The notes under the pieces are model-generated. The model made no database searches. It was not told the DNA's origin and saw only the letters and a program-made list of their open reading frames with translations. DNA of 64,000 bases, taken from the NCBI GenBank assembly GCA_963677925.2, contig CAXXYH010000003.1, forward strand, positions 1,952,001 to 2,016,000, read 5' to 3'. The stretch is from Spirochaetia bacterium (GTDB lineage Bacteria > Spirochaetota > Spirochaetia > UBA9216). Within the stretch, counting starts at the first letter, position 1. Every line of letters starts with the position of its first letter. Shown here piece by piece: positions 53,137 through 62,731 of the stretch. A program made the translations under genes and the position numbers.

Positions 53137-54009
53137 CTAAACTGCTGCTGTTGCAACTTCATCAACAGCGGACCAGTTGCCGGGGATTCTGAACTTTCTT
53201 ACAAGCTCTTTCCTGAAAGAAATATTCCCTTCCGGAGAAACCATATCCGCATTATCAGCCATAGATGTTATCTGCTCTATCAGCTCCGTGAACGATTCAA
53301 AACGGCTGTTAACTGTTTCTTTAACTTCCGCCGAATCAATGCCCGCTGCCGCCGAGTACCGGTAAATGAAACTGAGCCTAATACAGTTAAGAACCCTGTC
53401 TATCCTTTTTGACGGTTCATCCATATTCCTAAGCCCTTCAAGAACATCCCGCATCCGCTTCTCTTCCCCGGACTTCCAGCTGTAGCCGGCTTCATCAAAA
53501 AGAGCATAGAGCGGCGGTATCATCAGCTCAAGATTAAGAAAACTTTCAAGCTCATGGAAATGGCGGTCTTCATTGCGAAGCTTTTTAAATCCCCGGGCAC
53601 GCAGAAGCCAGCGGCCAATCTGTCTTGCAATGCCGTCCCATTCAATCTTATCCGGATGCTTAACCGGATCAAATTCCGGACCCGGAACAGTGCCGGTCCG
53701 GAGCATTTCCGAAATCTCGGTTATAAGCTCACCGCTGTAGCCGGATTCAGCTATCCTTTTATCATAGTAAAGCTCCATGGGGTCGCACCAGATCATCATC
53801 ACCAGACTGCCGTCTTTGCTTGTAAGGACGGTCTCAGTCAGGATTCCCCGGCTGACAGGACTGGCATTATCACGACGGTTACCAAGCATTACTGGAACGG
53901 CAGAGCCGAAGCGTACAGCAGAGGCATCAGCCCAAAGCTCAAGCAGCCCTGCTAAAAGTCCGCCTGAGGCTTCTATTATCTGTTTTTGATTGAGAGTTTC
54001 TGTTTGCAT
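53137..54009 (-). CDS. Hypothetical protein (start probably MQTETL)
   Basis: About 290-aa ORF filling the gap; TTGCAC-18-TATTAT lies 6 nt before ATG 54009; no motif recognised. Confidence 0.6.
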   Translation of the reverse strand: MQTETLNQKQIIEASGGLLAGLLELWADASAVRFGSAVPVMLGNRRDNASPVSRGILTETVLTSKDGSLVMMIWCDPMELYYDKRIAESGYSGELITEISEMLRTGTVPGPEFDPVKHPDKIEWDGIARQIGRWLLRARGFKKLRNEDRHFHELESFLNLELMIPPLYALFDEAGYSWKSGEEKRMRDVLEGLRNMDEPSKRIDRVLNCIRLSFIYRYSAAAGIDSAEVKETVNSRFESFTELIEQITSMADNADMVSPEGNISFRKELVRKFRIPGNWSAVDEVATAAV

Positions 54010-54065
54010 GTTCGAATAATAACCGGATATGGATTTTATGTGCAAGCATAGATATAATGACTTCC

Positions 54066-54899
54066 ATGGCTGAAATCCTTATCGGCACATCCGGCTACTA
54101 TTACCCCGACTGGAAGGGCGTATTCTACCCTGAGACCCTCAGGAAGGATGAATACCTTGGCTTTTACAGCGAACGCTTTCCGATCTGCGAACTCAACTAT
54201 TCCTATTACCGGATGCCTGAACGCAGTCAGATTCTCAGCTTCATAACCCAGACTCCTGAAACCTTCCGTTTTTCGGTCAAAGCCTTCCAGAGCCTGACTC
54301 ACGGCAGGGGAAAAGGCTGGCAGCAGGATGCTGAAACCTTCTATCACGCGCTTACACCGATGAAGGAAAAGGAACGGCTGGCCTCTGTACTCATTCAGTT
54401 CCCATTCAGCTTTCATCACAACCGCACAAACAGACTATACCTATCAGAACTGACCGGAATACTCTCCGGACTGCCGCTGTGCATTGAGTTCCGCAACAGT
54501 GAATGGATGCTTGAAAAAGTGTACCATGATTTTTCGGCAAGAAATATCTGCTTTGTGCAGACAGATCTCCCTCTGCTTGACAAGCTGCCGCTTCCTACAT
54601 CGGTAACAACTTCAGATACCGGCTACATCCGCTTTCACGGACGGAATGCCGACAACTGGTGGGGCGGAGACAGCACCAGCCGTTATGATTACCTCTACAA
54701 CGACCATGAACTCCAGTCCTGGTTATGCCGGATTGAGGAAATAGCCTCAAGAGTCAACAGACTTCTAATCACCTTCAATAACCATCACAAGGGCAAGGCG
54801 ATTCAGAATGCAGCCGGGATTTACAACCTTCTGACGGGAAAGCCCCAGATTACAGATAAGGGCCTGCAGGGAATCAGAATGGAAGCCTTTACACTGTGA
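54066..54899 (+). CDS. DUF72 (YecE-like) protein
   Basis: IGTSGY.Y.DW.G.FYP, ELN.SYY, F.FSVKA...LTH, QFP.SF, EFR..EW, YIRFHGRN. Confidence 0.92.
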   Translation: MAEILIGTSGYYYPDWKGVFYPETLRKDEYLGFYSERFPICELNYSYYRMPERSQILSFITQTPETFRFSVKAFQSLTHGRGKGWQQDAETFYHALTPMKEKERLASVLIQFPFSFHHNRTNRLYLSELTGILSGLPLCIEFRNSEWMLEKVYHDFSARNICFVQTDLPLLDKLPLPTSVTTSDTGYIRFHGRNADNWWGGDSTSRYDYLYNDHELQSWLCRIEEIASRVNRLLITFNNHHKGKAIQNAAGIYNLLTGKPQITDKGLQGIRMEAFTL

Positions 54900-54953
54900 A
54901 TTCACCGGACTTGATATAAGATATCTGATAGATAATAATTAGGACTGTCAGGG

Positions 54954-56027
54954 ATGAAAGTAAATCGAATAGAGAATCATAAGTCGGTAACAACCAACCT
55001 CCTCATCGTATCATCAATTATGCTTTTTATCCTTATCGTCACAAGTGTTCTTATTTTCAGTATTTCAAGACAGATTGGTTATTTTTCAACAATGCTCAAT
55101 GAAACAGGAAGGATAAGGGGAGGGATCCAGAGGCTGGTTAAGGATGAAATATATAAATTGGATTCGGATGATCAGATAAACGGCATCGAAAACAAAATTA
55201 ATATCCTAAAAAAGACCGAAACGGTAATTATCAGCTCAAGGCATAAAAATCAGATTCAAAAATACACTATTGAGATCGAAAGACTGTGGTACAGACTTCT
55301 ACAGGCCATAATTATTCACCGGACATCTCAGGCCCCTAATGAAACACTTTATGAAATCAGTGAAGAACTCTGGGACCTCTGCGACAAGCTTGTAACAGCT
55401 GTTGAAGAAACCTCTCTGACTTATACCAGGCTGATTATCGGGCTGTTTTATATCTCATCAGGCTCACTTGCGGCAATGATTATTGTATTTGTTCTGGCTA
55501 AAATTTTTGTGAGAGATCGGATAGAATACAATGCCGACCACGATCACCTGACAGGACTCTGGAACAGGCAGTTTTTTACAAAGGTGATAAACCGGGAGAT
55601 AGAACTGGCAAAAAGGTACAACAGAAAATTCTACCTGATGATATTCGATCTGGATCACTTCAAAAAAATCAATGACAAGCTGGGCCACACAGTCGGTGAC
55701 CAGGTACTGAAGTCTGTTGCAGAGGTAATGGTTAGTGAGAGCAGGAGTTCAGATCTGGTAGCGCGTTACGGCGGGGAAGAATTCCTTATCCTGGCAAACG
55801 CTGAAGACTGCACAGGGGTTTCTGTTTATACAGAAAAGCTCCGGAAGAGTATTGAGAAAATCAGTATTACCGGAGCTGTCGTAACTGCAAGTATAGGGGT
55901 TTCGTGCTATAAAACCGGTGATGATTTTGAATCGGTTTTCACACGGGCCGACGAGGCACTGTATGAAGCAAAAGAATCCGGCAGAAATAAAGTCGTTATT
56001 GCAGACTATGCAGACGGATCAGAGTGA
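54954..56027 (+). CDS. Membrane diguanylate cyclase with NarX/PilJ-like sensor
   Basis: Two TMs, LNETGRIRGGIQRL, D.LTGLWNR, DLDHFK.IND..GH..GD, RSSD I-site, RYGGEEF. Confidence 0.92.
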   Translation: MKVNRIENHKSVTTNLLIVSSIMLFILIVTSVLIFSISRQIGYFSTMLNETGRIRGGIQRLVKDEIYKLDSDDQINGIENKINILKKTETVIISSRHKNQIQKYTIEIERLWYRLLQAIIIHRTSQAPNETLYEISEELWDLCDKLVTAVEETSLTYTRLIIGLFYISSGSLAAMIIVFVLAKIFVRDRIEYNADHDHLTGLWNRQFFTKVINREIELAKRYNRKFYLMIFDLDHFKKINDKLGHTVGDQVLKSVAEVMVSESRSSDLVARYGGEEFLILANAEDCTGVSVYTEKLRKSIEKISITGAVVTASIGVSCYKTGDDFESVFTRADEALYEAKESGRNKVVIADYADGSE

Positions 56028-59000
56028 AGTAAGGAAGTTCTTCTTTTCTGCAATCTGCATTTTTTCAATTCGCTCAATGAATACCTGCGCAGTACTGTCA
56101 TCAGGATTGAGTTCCATTACCCTCTGAAGCAGAGCCAGAGCCCCGTCAAAATCCTTCAGTGAAAATTTCATAATAGCCTGTTCAAAATCAGTCTTCGTGT
56201 TGTTCTTCAGCTGCCTCAGTTCCTCGGTATCGGCGTCAAATATTTCAAAAAGCGCTACAGCCTGGTCTTTACCCTTTACCCGTACACGGCCTAGAAAGCG
56301 GAAGTTATGATTCATCATATCATCAATTTTCATGAAGCTTTCCTGACTGATTACAACATTAGCCTTGTAGAGCTTGGTTACATCCTGTATACGGCTGGCC
56401 AGGTTTACAGCATCCGAGATAACAGTTCCCTGCATTCTGGTTTCATCTCCGATAATACCGAGAATCATGTTGCCGGTATGGATGCCTACACCGATATTGA
56501 TGGCACGGTAACCGACATTGGCACGATGTCCGTTGTAAACGGCGACATGTTCGATCATCTGATTTGCAGCCCTGATTGCGTCCTCGGGACTGTTGGGAAA
56601 AAGGGCCATGATGGCATCACCGATATACTTATCAACAAAGCCTCCGTTATTAGTGATCATCGGGCTGAACCGGCTGAGGTAGGAGTTGATAAATTTGAAG
56701 TTTTCCTCCGGAGTCATGTTTTCAGACAGATTTGTAAATGCACGGATATCAACAAAGAGAATCGTCATCTCCTTCTGGACCTGATCACCGAGTTCTACAT
56801 CTACTATATTATGTGAGCCCAGCGAACGCAGAAACTCGGTAGGAACGAAGCGGCTGTACACCGTGCTGATTCTTGAAAGCTGGAGATGGGTATTTACCCT
56901 TGTCAGGAATTCCTCCTGAATGTACGGGCGTGAGAGGAAGTCATTGGCCCCGGAGGTAAGCCCTTCCATCATTTCACTCATGTCTTCCTTATTCATAACA
57001 AGAATTACCGGCAGTGCATCTTTTGAATATACGGTTCTTATTTCGCTGCAGACATCGTATCCGCTCATATCCGTAAGCTTCACGTTAACAATTACCAGAT
57101 TAGGCGGGTCGCTTTTTATGCGGGACAAAGCATCCCTGCCGCTGAACATCGGAATGACAGTATAATTCATCGAGGCCAGCTGGCTTTTCATAATCTGAAG
57201 CTCTTCCACATCTTTTCCGATAAGAAGCACTTCAATATCCCTGTCAGATGTAACCTCATCAAATACGGGCTGCAGATTTATGAGTGCGTCCATCTCAAGG
57301 TACTCCTCTTCACTTAGAGGCTCCTCACCTGCCCATTTTTCAAGTTTCAGGCTGAAAAGAACAGAACCATCCTCCTGCTTTTCAACATTCACCCTGCTGG
57401 AATGCATCTCTGCCAGAATATATGCGATAGCGAGACTCATCTCACCCATATCCTCACTCTCATTGTCTTTAGCCAATGAGATTTCTACATTCAGAAGCTG
57501 CATTATGGCATCCTCGGCCATAGTGCAGCCTTCGGTCTTAATCCTGAGTTCAGCCTGACTGTCGGTAAAATCTGCCGAAATGGTTATACTTCCGCTGGTA
57601 AGATGCCTGATACAGGTTGTGATAATATTATAGAGAATCTGCTCAATACGCCGTTCATCTCCGTAGGCAAATGGGGCCTCTCTGTTAATTTCACTTACCA
57701 GGGTGAGATCCCGAACTGCAACCAGGGCGTCACAGCTGCTTATTACCTTTCTGGAAACCTTGAACAGATCCACAGAGCCGAAATTGAGTTTAACCGTTTT
57801 TTCCTTGATTACAGTAAAGTCTACAAGATCGTTGACCATATTTGAAAGCCTGATGCCGTTTGAGACGATAAGAGAGGATGTTGCTATCTGCTCGGAATTA
57901 AGCGGACCGATCGAACCGCGAAGCAGGCTCTCCCCCAGCTCAACTATATTATGTATTGGTTTGGCAAGTTCATCGGAATTCTTTGAAAAGAAGAGATCTT
58001 TCTGCTTTGTCACAGCTGCAAGCTGCATATGCAGAGTTTCAAATTCTCTCAGATCGGTAAATCCGTCAGCTATGACCTTGTAGGTCTGTGGAAGGATGAA
58101 GAGAAATACCCCTGCCCAGATCAGTTTTATCGAATGTATCAGACCAAGCAGAATAAATCCGTCATTCAGCATAACAAGAAAAAAGAGAGAGAAACTCAAA
58201 AGCGACATTTTGCTGAATTTGCGGCGGGCAGCGACAGCTCTTATGATGAAGACAAGCAGAAGCAGAAACGCTGCAACCTGCACCGCAAGAAAAATCCTGG
58301 CTGCGTATACAGTAATCCATAAAGGCGCCGCCGCCATAACCAGGACAAAGGGGATGGCCGCAGCCTGAAGAATTACAACAAACCACTTCGGAACTTCGGA
58401 ACTGAAAAGCGAACGGAAATAGTTTGCAAGCATGGGGACCGAGAATATCAGAAAAATAATCTCAAGCCTGAAAACCAGTCCGAAAGGAATCTGCGGAATT
58501 ATAGCCGTAAGCAGCATTCTGCCGGTTGTAAGAACATACAGTGCGTAGAAAAAGCAGAATAGAGAGAAGAACATGCTGTAATCCCTGTTCTTCTGGTAAA
58601 ACTGATTGATAAAATGCATTACGGCAAAGGCCAGCATCATAAAGAACATCAGTGAATCAAGAATCTTGCCGAAGCGTTCCCTTTTTACAATATCACCGAA
58701 GCTGCCCAGTTCAACCCAGTTAAGCATGCTGCCGCCGTAGTAGTGTGAAAAGTTTGAGACCTGGATCAGGATTCCGACCTTTGAGGAGCTGGTCTGGAAT
58801 GGAATAATCATTGTATCGGTTGAAGCCGTTTCACCGGAGTAAGTTTCTGAAGGGGAACCGGCTCCCCCGGCATAAATACCATTTATGTAAACCGAAAAAG
58901 CCGAATAAACAGGATTAATAAGAAGCGCCGGATTCTCACAGGACTCATCTATATCAAGAATAAGATAAAGACTTCCGGAGCCTGAAGGAAAAACCTTAGG

Positions 59001-59249
59001 TGCAATTGTACCGGTAACACTGCTGAATCTGACAGCAGCATCTTCAGGTGCGACAAGCTCATCCTTTACAAACAGCCACCGGCTGTCCAGAGATACGGTT
59101 TTGCCCTCAGGAACTCTGACTGTGTTGCTTCCCGCCGGAAAACTGCCTAGCGAAACCGTACTCTGCACAATATTAAAGCCCAGAAAAGCGACAAGAAGTC
59201 CGCATCCGGCAATCATTAACCCGAAAAATATATTTTTAATCCTGATCAT
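56019..59249 (-). CDS. Class III adenylate/guanylate cyclase with 7TM-DISM-like sensor and degenerate kinase and receiver domains
   Basis: Periplasmic beta domain plus 7 TMs; D.RRIEQILYNI (HATPase-like); GANDFLSRP (REC-like); LFVDIRAFT, DKYIGDAIMALF, TVISDAVNLASR. Confidence 0.88.
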   Translation of the reverse strand: MIRIKNIFFGLMIAGCGLLVAFLGFNIVQSTVSLGSFPAGSNTVRVPEGKTVSLDSRWLFVKDELVAPEDAAVRFSSVTGTIAPKVFPSGSGSLYLILDIDESCENPALLINPVYSAFSVYINGIYAGGAGSPSETYSGETASTDTMIIPFQTSSSKVGILIQVSNFSHYYGGSMLNWVELGSFGDIVKRERFGKILDSLMFFMMLAFAVMHFINQFYQKNRDYSMFFSLFCFFYALYVLTTGRMLLTAIIPQIPFGLVFRLEIIFLIFSVPMLANYFRSLFSSEVPKWFVVILQAAAIPFVLVMAAAPLWITVYAARIFLAVQVAAFLLLLVFIIRAVAARRKFSKMSLLSFSLFFLVMLNDGFILLGLIHSIKLIWAGVFLFILPQTYKVIADGFTDLREFETLHMQLAAVTKQKDLFFSKNSDELAKPIHNIVELGESLLRGSIGPLNSEQIATSSLIVSNGIRLSNMVNDLVDFTVIKEKTVKLNFGSVDLFKVSRKVISSCDALVAVRDLTLVSEINREAPFAYGDERRIEQILYNIITTCIRHLTSGSITISADFTDSQAELRIKTEGCTMAEDAIMQLLNVEISLAKDNESEDMGEMSLAIAYILAEMHSSRVNVEKQEDGSVLFSLKLEKWAGEEPLSEEEYLEMDALINLQPVFDEVTSDRDIEVLLIGKDVEELQIMKSQLASMNYTVIPMFSGRDALSRIKSDPPNLVIVNVKLTDMSGYDVCSEIRTVYSKDALPVILVMNKEDMSEMMEGLTSGANDFLSRPYIQEEFLTRVNTHLQLSRISTVYSRFVPTEFLRSLGSHNIVDVELGDQVQKEMTILFVDIRAFTNLSENMTPEENFKFINSYLSRFSPMITNNGGFVDKYIGDAIMALFPNSPEDAIRAANQMIEHVAVYNGHRANVGYRAINIGVGIHTGNMILGIIGDETRMQGTVISDAVNLASRIQDVTKLYKANVVISQESFMKIDDMMNHNFRFLGRVRVKGKDQAVALFEIFDADTEELRQLKNNTKTDFEQAIMKFSLKDFDGALALLQRVMELNPDDSTAQVFIERIEKMQIAEKKNFLTSL

Positions 59250-59348
59250 TTCTTCCTCTGATTATATTCTCGAAAGATAGTGCTTTGCACTTGAAAAGTT
59301 ATTTTCAGTTCATTATTCTGACTTCCATCCTCAAACACGGAGATTTAC

Positions 59349-59864
59349 ATGTCAGAACCCCAGAAGATCTATTATACGTATAATCAGATACATAAAACAA
59401 TAAAGAACCTGGCTGAAGAGATAATTGAATCAGGATACGACCCTGATCTTATTGTTGCAATAGGAACCGGCGGTTTTATACCGGCCCGTATCATAAAAAC
59501 CTTCATTACAAAACCCATTCTGACAGTAGGCCTTTCGCTTTACGACAAAAATAATCAGCCCAAGGCTGCTCCTGAAAAAATTCAGTGGATCGATGAAGTC
59601 GAAAAAAAGCTTAAGGGAAAAAAGATTCTTCTTGTTGATGAGGTTGATGACTCACGGACCACCCTGGAATACTGTCTGAGAGAACTTCTGAGCGACGACC
59701 CCTCCGAAATAGCCGTAGCCGTACTTCACAACAAACTGAAGGAGAAGCGCGGAATCATACCTGAAGAAATAAAGCGCTACTACGTCGGGGAGGAAATCGA
59801 GGATAAGTGGATCTGCTATCCCTGGGACGCCGTGGATATTGAGAGCCATGGAGCGGCAAAATAG
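59349..59864 (+). CDS. Purine phosphoribosyltransferase (type I PRTase)
   Basis: AIGTGGFIPAR, LLVDEVDDSRTTL PRPP motif, WICYPW; beside nucleoside ABC genes. Confidence 0.88.
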   Translation: MSEPQKIYYTYNQIHKTIKNLAEEIIESGYDPDLIVAIGTGGFIPARIIKTFITKPILTVGLSLYDKNNQPKAAPEKIQWIDEVEKKLKGKKILLVDEVDDSRTTLEYCLRELLSDDPSEIAVAVLHNKLKEKRGIIPEEIKRYYVGEEIEDKWICYPWDAVDIESHGAAK

Positions 59865-59969
59865 CGAGTTTCCGCTCATTCTATTGCCATTTTCGATTTA
59901 CCCGAGCTTGATTTATTGACTCCTAAGAAGTAAAATACTTTTTTATTTTTCCTAAAAGGGGTATTTAAA

Positions 59970-61076
59970 ATGAAAAAACACATTTTTCCGCTTCTTATTG
60001 TACTGCTGGTTATGGTTTCAGCAGTTGCTTTTGCCGGAGGTTCAAAGGAAGAACCCGCCGCGTCACCAGAAACACAGCCGTACAAGGTCGGTTTTGTATA
60101 TCTCAGTATTCCGGGAGACCTGGGCTGGACATATGAACACGACCGTGGAAGACTCGGCGCAGTTGAAGCCCTCGGAGACAAGATCGAAACAGTATTTGTT
60201 GAGAACGTTCCTGAAGGACCTGATGCCACCAGAGTTATCCGCCAACTTGCACAGCAGGGATGCCAGATGATCTTCACAGCATCTTTCGGCTACATGGATC
60301 CGACCCTCGAAGTAGCTGAGGAATTTCCTGATGTACTCTTCGAGCACTGCTCAGGATACAAAACCCTGGACAACATGGGGAACTACTTCGGAAGAATTTA
60401 CCAGGCAAGATACTTAAGCGGTATTGCTGCAGGTAAGGCTACAAAGAGCAATATTATCGGTTATGTAGGAGCTTTTCCTATTCCTGAAGTTATCCGCGGA
60501 ATCAACGCTTTCACACTCGGTGTAAAGAAAGTTAATCCGGATGCAGTTGTAAAAGTTGTATGGACCAGCACCTGGTATGATCCCGTTCTTGAAAGAGAAG
60601 CTGCTGTAGCACTTCTTGATTCAGGCGCTGACGTTATCGCCCAGCATCAGGATACAACTGAACCCCAGAAAGCAGCACAGGAAAGAGGCGCCGTATCTGT
60701 AGGCTACCACTCAGACATGGGTAAGTTCGTAGGCGACAGCGTACTTGTAAGTGCAATGTGGGAGTTCTCAACATACTACACCGACAGAATCGAAGCCGGT
60801 ATGAACGGAACATGGACAGCCGATCAGTACTGGGGCGGTCTCAAGGAAGGTGTTGTTAAACTTTCAGACTTCAGCCCGCTTGTAGACGATGCAACAAAGG
60901 CTCTTATTGCCGAAGAAGCAGCAAAGATTGAAACAGGTTCATGGGATGTATTCAACGGACCTGTTAAAGACCAGAGCGGCAGTGTAAAAATTGCAGCCGG
61001 TACAGCACCCTCAGACGGTGACCTGCTTGGAATGAGCTGGTTCGTAGAAGGCGTTGAAGGCAAAATCAGCCAGTAA
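59970..61076 (+). CDS. BMP family ABC substrate-binding protein (purine/nucleoside)
   Basis: GD.GWTYEHD.G, SFGYMD, YQARYLSG..AG, IPEVIRGINAF.LG, W.DP..E. Confidence 0.92.
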   Translation: MKKHIFPLLIVLLVMVSAVAFAGGSKEEPAASPETQPYKVGFVYLSIPGDLGWTYEHDRGRLGAVEALGDKIETVFVENVPEGPDATRVIRQLAQQGCQMIFTASFGYMDPTLEVAEEFPDVLFEHCSGYKTLDNMGNYFGRIYQARYLSGIAAGKATKSNIIGYVGAFPIPEVIRGINAFTLGVKKVNPDAVVKVVWTSTWYDPVLEREAAVALLDSGADVIAQHQDTTEPQKAAQERGAVSVGYHSDMGKFVGDSVLVSAMWEFSTYYTDRIEAGMNGTWTADQYWGGLKEGVVKLSDFSPLVDDATKALIAEEAAKIETGSWDVFNGPVKDQSGSVKIAAGTAPSDGDLLGMSWFVEGVEGKISQ

Positions 61077-61100
61077 AACCACAGTTACTTTTATAATTAC

Positions 61101-61128
61101 GGCACGGGGCTTTCTGTCCCGTGCCTTT
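61101..61128 (+). terminator. Hairpin after BMP gene (terminator or stabiliser)
   Basis: ggcacggggc-tttct-gtcccgtgcc-ttt. Confidence 0.65.
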
Positions 61129-61159
61129 CAACTACATTTAATGGAAGGCGGAACCCGCG

Positions 61160-62731
61160 TTGATTCCAACAGAAAATCAGAATACAGATAATAAGACCCC
61201 TCATATGATCCTTGAAATGAGAGGGATTACCAAACAGTTTCCCGGAGTACTTGCGAATGATCACGTCGATCTGGAACTGTTCAGCGGAGAAGTACTTGCC
61301 CTGCTTGGTGAAAACGGTGCAGGAAAAAGCTCGCTGATGAATGTCCTGATCGGACTTTACAGACCGGATGAGGGAGAGATCTTCCTGCGTGGAAAGAAGG
61401 TCAATATTTCCTCACCGAAGGACTCGATGGAACTCGGGATCGGAATGGTCCATCAGAACTTTAAACTCGTTGATACAATGAGTGTGATTGAGAATGTAAT
61501 TCTTGGTGATCTTCACCAGAATTTCATCCCCGATCTCAAAGAAGCAGAAAAGCGGATAAAAGAAATTTCCGAACACTATGACCTCAAGGTAAATCCGCGT
61601 GCCCTTGTGGGCAGGCTGAGTGTAGGAGAGCGCCAGAGGGTTGAAATTCTCAAACTGATCTACCGCGGAGCGGATATCCTGATACTCGATGAACCGACAG
61701 CTGTTCTCACTCCCCAGGAATCCGCAGAACTCAATGCTGTAATAAAACAGATGACATCTGAAGGGAAATCAGCCATCTTCATCACTCACAAGATGGAAGA
61801 AGTAATGGAATTCTCCGACTGGGTTAGAGTTCTGCAGAAGGGAAAGCTGATAGCAGTCAAGGAAACAGCACAGACAAACCCGGAAGAACTGGCCCGGCTT
61901 ATGGTCGGAAGGGAAGTTCTTTTCAATATTGATAAAAGACCCTCTGAACCGGGAGACCCGGTGCTGGAACTGAAAAATGTTACAGCTGTAAGCGAGCATG
62001 GAAAAGAAGTTCTGAAGGATATAAATCTGACCATCCGTGAGGGTGAGGTAATGGGGGTAGCCGGAGTTGCAGGAAACGGGCAGGTTGAGCTGACCGAGGC
62101 TGTTACCGGCCTTCGGAATGTATCATCCGGACAGATTATGCTTAACGGCAGCAATCGGACAAACAGACAGCCTCTTGAGCTGATAAAGGCCGGTGTAAGC
62201 CATATACCCTCTGACAGGGTTGCAATGGGAATAGTCGGAGATATGAGCGTTGCAAACAACCTTGTAATGAAGGGCTATAGAAAGCAGCCCATCGTCAGCC
62301 GGGGTGTTATGAGCTCATCAAAAATACTGGATTTTGCCAGAAAAATGATTTCCGCATTCAGCATCACGACCCCGGGACCGCATACACATGTAAAGTTTCT
62401 CTCAGGCGGAAACATACAGAAAACAATTCTGGCCAGAGAGATCGATGCCTGCGGCGGCCTGCTCGTTGCGGCCTACCCTTCCAGGGGACTTGATGTCGGG
62501 GCAACTGAGGCAGTACGGCTTCAGATGGTTAAGCAGAGGGACTGCGGCAAGGCAGTACTTCTGGTATCAGAGGATCTGGAGGAACTTCTCACGGTTTCCG
62601 ACCGGATCGCTGTAATGTTTGAAGGCAGGATAATGGGAATAGTGGACAGCAAAAATGCCGATATAGATAAACTCGGACTGATGATGGCCGGAGTTACCGA
62701 AGAAAATGCAGCAGCCGGGGGCAGTGAATGA
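61160..62731 (+). CDS. Nucleoside/sugar ABC transporter ATP-binding protein (two-domain)
   Basis: GENGAGKS, LSVGERQRVEI, LDEPT, LSGGNIQK. Confidence 0.93.
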   Translation: MIPTENQNTDNKTPHMILEMRGITKQFPGVLANDHVDLELFSGEVLALLGENGAGKSSLMNVLIGLYRPDEGEIFLRGKKVNISSPKDSMELGIGMVHQNFKLVDTMSVIENVILGDLHQNFIPDLKEAEKRIKEISEHYDLKVNPRALVGRLSVGERQRVEILKLIYRGADILILDEPTAVLTPQESAELNAVIKQMTSEGKSAIFITHKMEEVMEFSDWVRVLQKGKLIAVKETAQTNPEELARLMVGREVLFNIDKRPSEPGDPVLELKNVTAVSEHGKEVLKDINLTIREGEVMGVAGVAGNGQVELTEAVTGLRNVSSGQIMLNGSNRTNRQPLELIKAGVSHIPSDRVAMGIVGDMSVANNLVMKGYRKQPIVSRGVMSSSKILDFARKMISAFSITTPGPHTHVKFLSGGNIQKTILAREIDACGGLLVAAYPSRGLDVGATEAVRLQMVKQRDCGKAVLLVSEDLEELLTVSDRIAVMFEGRIMGIVDSKNADIDKLGLMMAGVTEENAAAGGSE

